From positions 1 through 64,000 of IMG/VR virus record IMGVR_UViG_3300009703_000010: a stretch of DNA of 64,000 nucleotides. One strand, written 5' to 3'. Source of the DNA: a virus. The notes beneath the pieces were generated by a model, which saw nothing but the letters and a program-made list of their open reading frames with translations, did no database searches and had not been told where the DNA came from. How positions within the stretch are numbered: the stretch's first letter is position 1; every line of letters begins with the position of its first letter. The position numbers and the translations under genes were made by a program. Positions 63,927 through 64,000 of this stretch are shown in pieces.

Positions 63927-64000
63927 ATGGACCATAGTCAGTTCAGGCGGTTGATCCGCCGTGTTGGTTTGGGTTGTGAACAGCCTCGTGTTGTTGGTTG
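63927..64000 (+). CDS. hypothetical protein, 3' partial
   Basis: The frame from the ATG at 63927 stays open to the window edge. Confidence 0.3.
   Translation, partial: MDHSQFRRLIRRVGLGCEQPRVVG

Overview
The window reads as about 64 kb of a tailed dsDNA virus (Caudoviricetes-type). All product calls come from motif and architecture recognition by eye; no database, HMM or RNA-folding search was run.

Layout:
- 1-3102 (+): a vWA-domain protein (5' partial), a 475-aa protein of unknown function and a small regulator.
- 3154-19808 (-): the tail module. It holds the tail tube, a chaperone pair with a canonical -1 frameshift heptamer, the tape measure, and four translationally coupled giant tail-tip ORFs totalling about 13.5 kb.
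- 20073-21965 (+): a three-gene island on the opposite strand.
- 22052-30705 (-): the head module. It holds connector proteins, an HK97-fold major capsid protein, a protease/scaffold, a gp10-like protein, a portal fused to a MuF-like domain, and the large terminase.
- 30944-47325 (-): about 40 mostly small genes. They include two SprT-like metalloproteases, C2H2 zinc-finger proteins, a DenV-like glycosylase and a DNA methyltransferase. A 1.7-kb repeat-rich non-coding block interrupts this run.
- 47580-63917 (+, with one short minus operon): the replication, recombination and DNA-modification module. It holds an XPD/DinG-like helicase, a deoxyribosyltransferase-like protein, a P-loop replication protein, an SSB-like protein, a Sak4-like ATPase, a Cas4-like nuclease, an HNH endonuclease, a clamp-like protein and a Gpt-QueD-DpdA cluster.

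Several features point to an archaeal, probably halophilic, host rather than a bacterium. The proteins are strongly acidic and Lys-poor. A/T-rich TATA-like boxes sit at a fixed 21-23 nt upstream of start codons, which is a leaderless layout. C2H2 zinc fingers recur.

Signals most worth follow-up:
1. A roughly 750-bp ORF-free block (54.1-54.85 kb) carries three minus-strand tRNA-like T-arm plus acceptor modules that I could not fold into canonical cloverleaves.
2. A dispersed intergenic repeat family of about 85 bp, with covarying hairpins and a TGACAG core, sits at module boundaries.
3. A Gpt-QueD-DpdA cluster implies 7-deazaguanine DNA modification, possibly with guanine salvage.
4. The repeat-rich non-coding block at 39.0-40.7 kb is a candidate origin of replication or packaging site.
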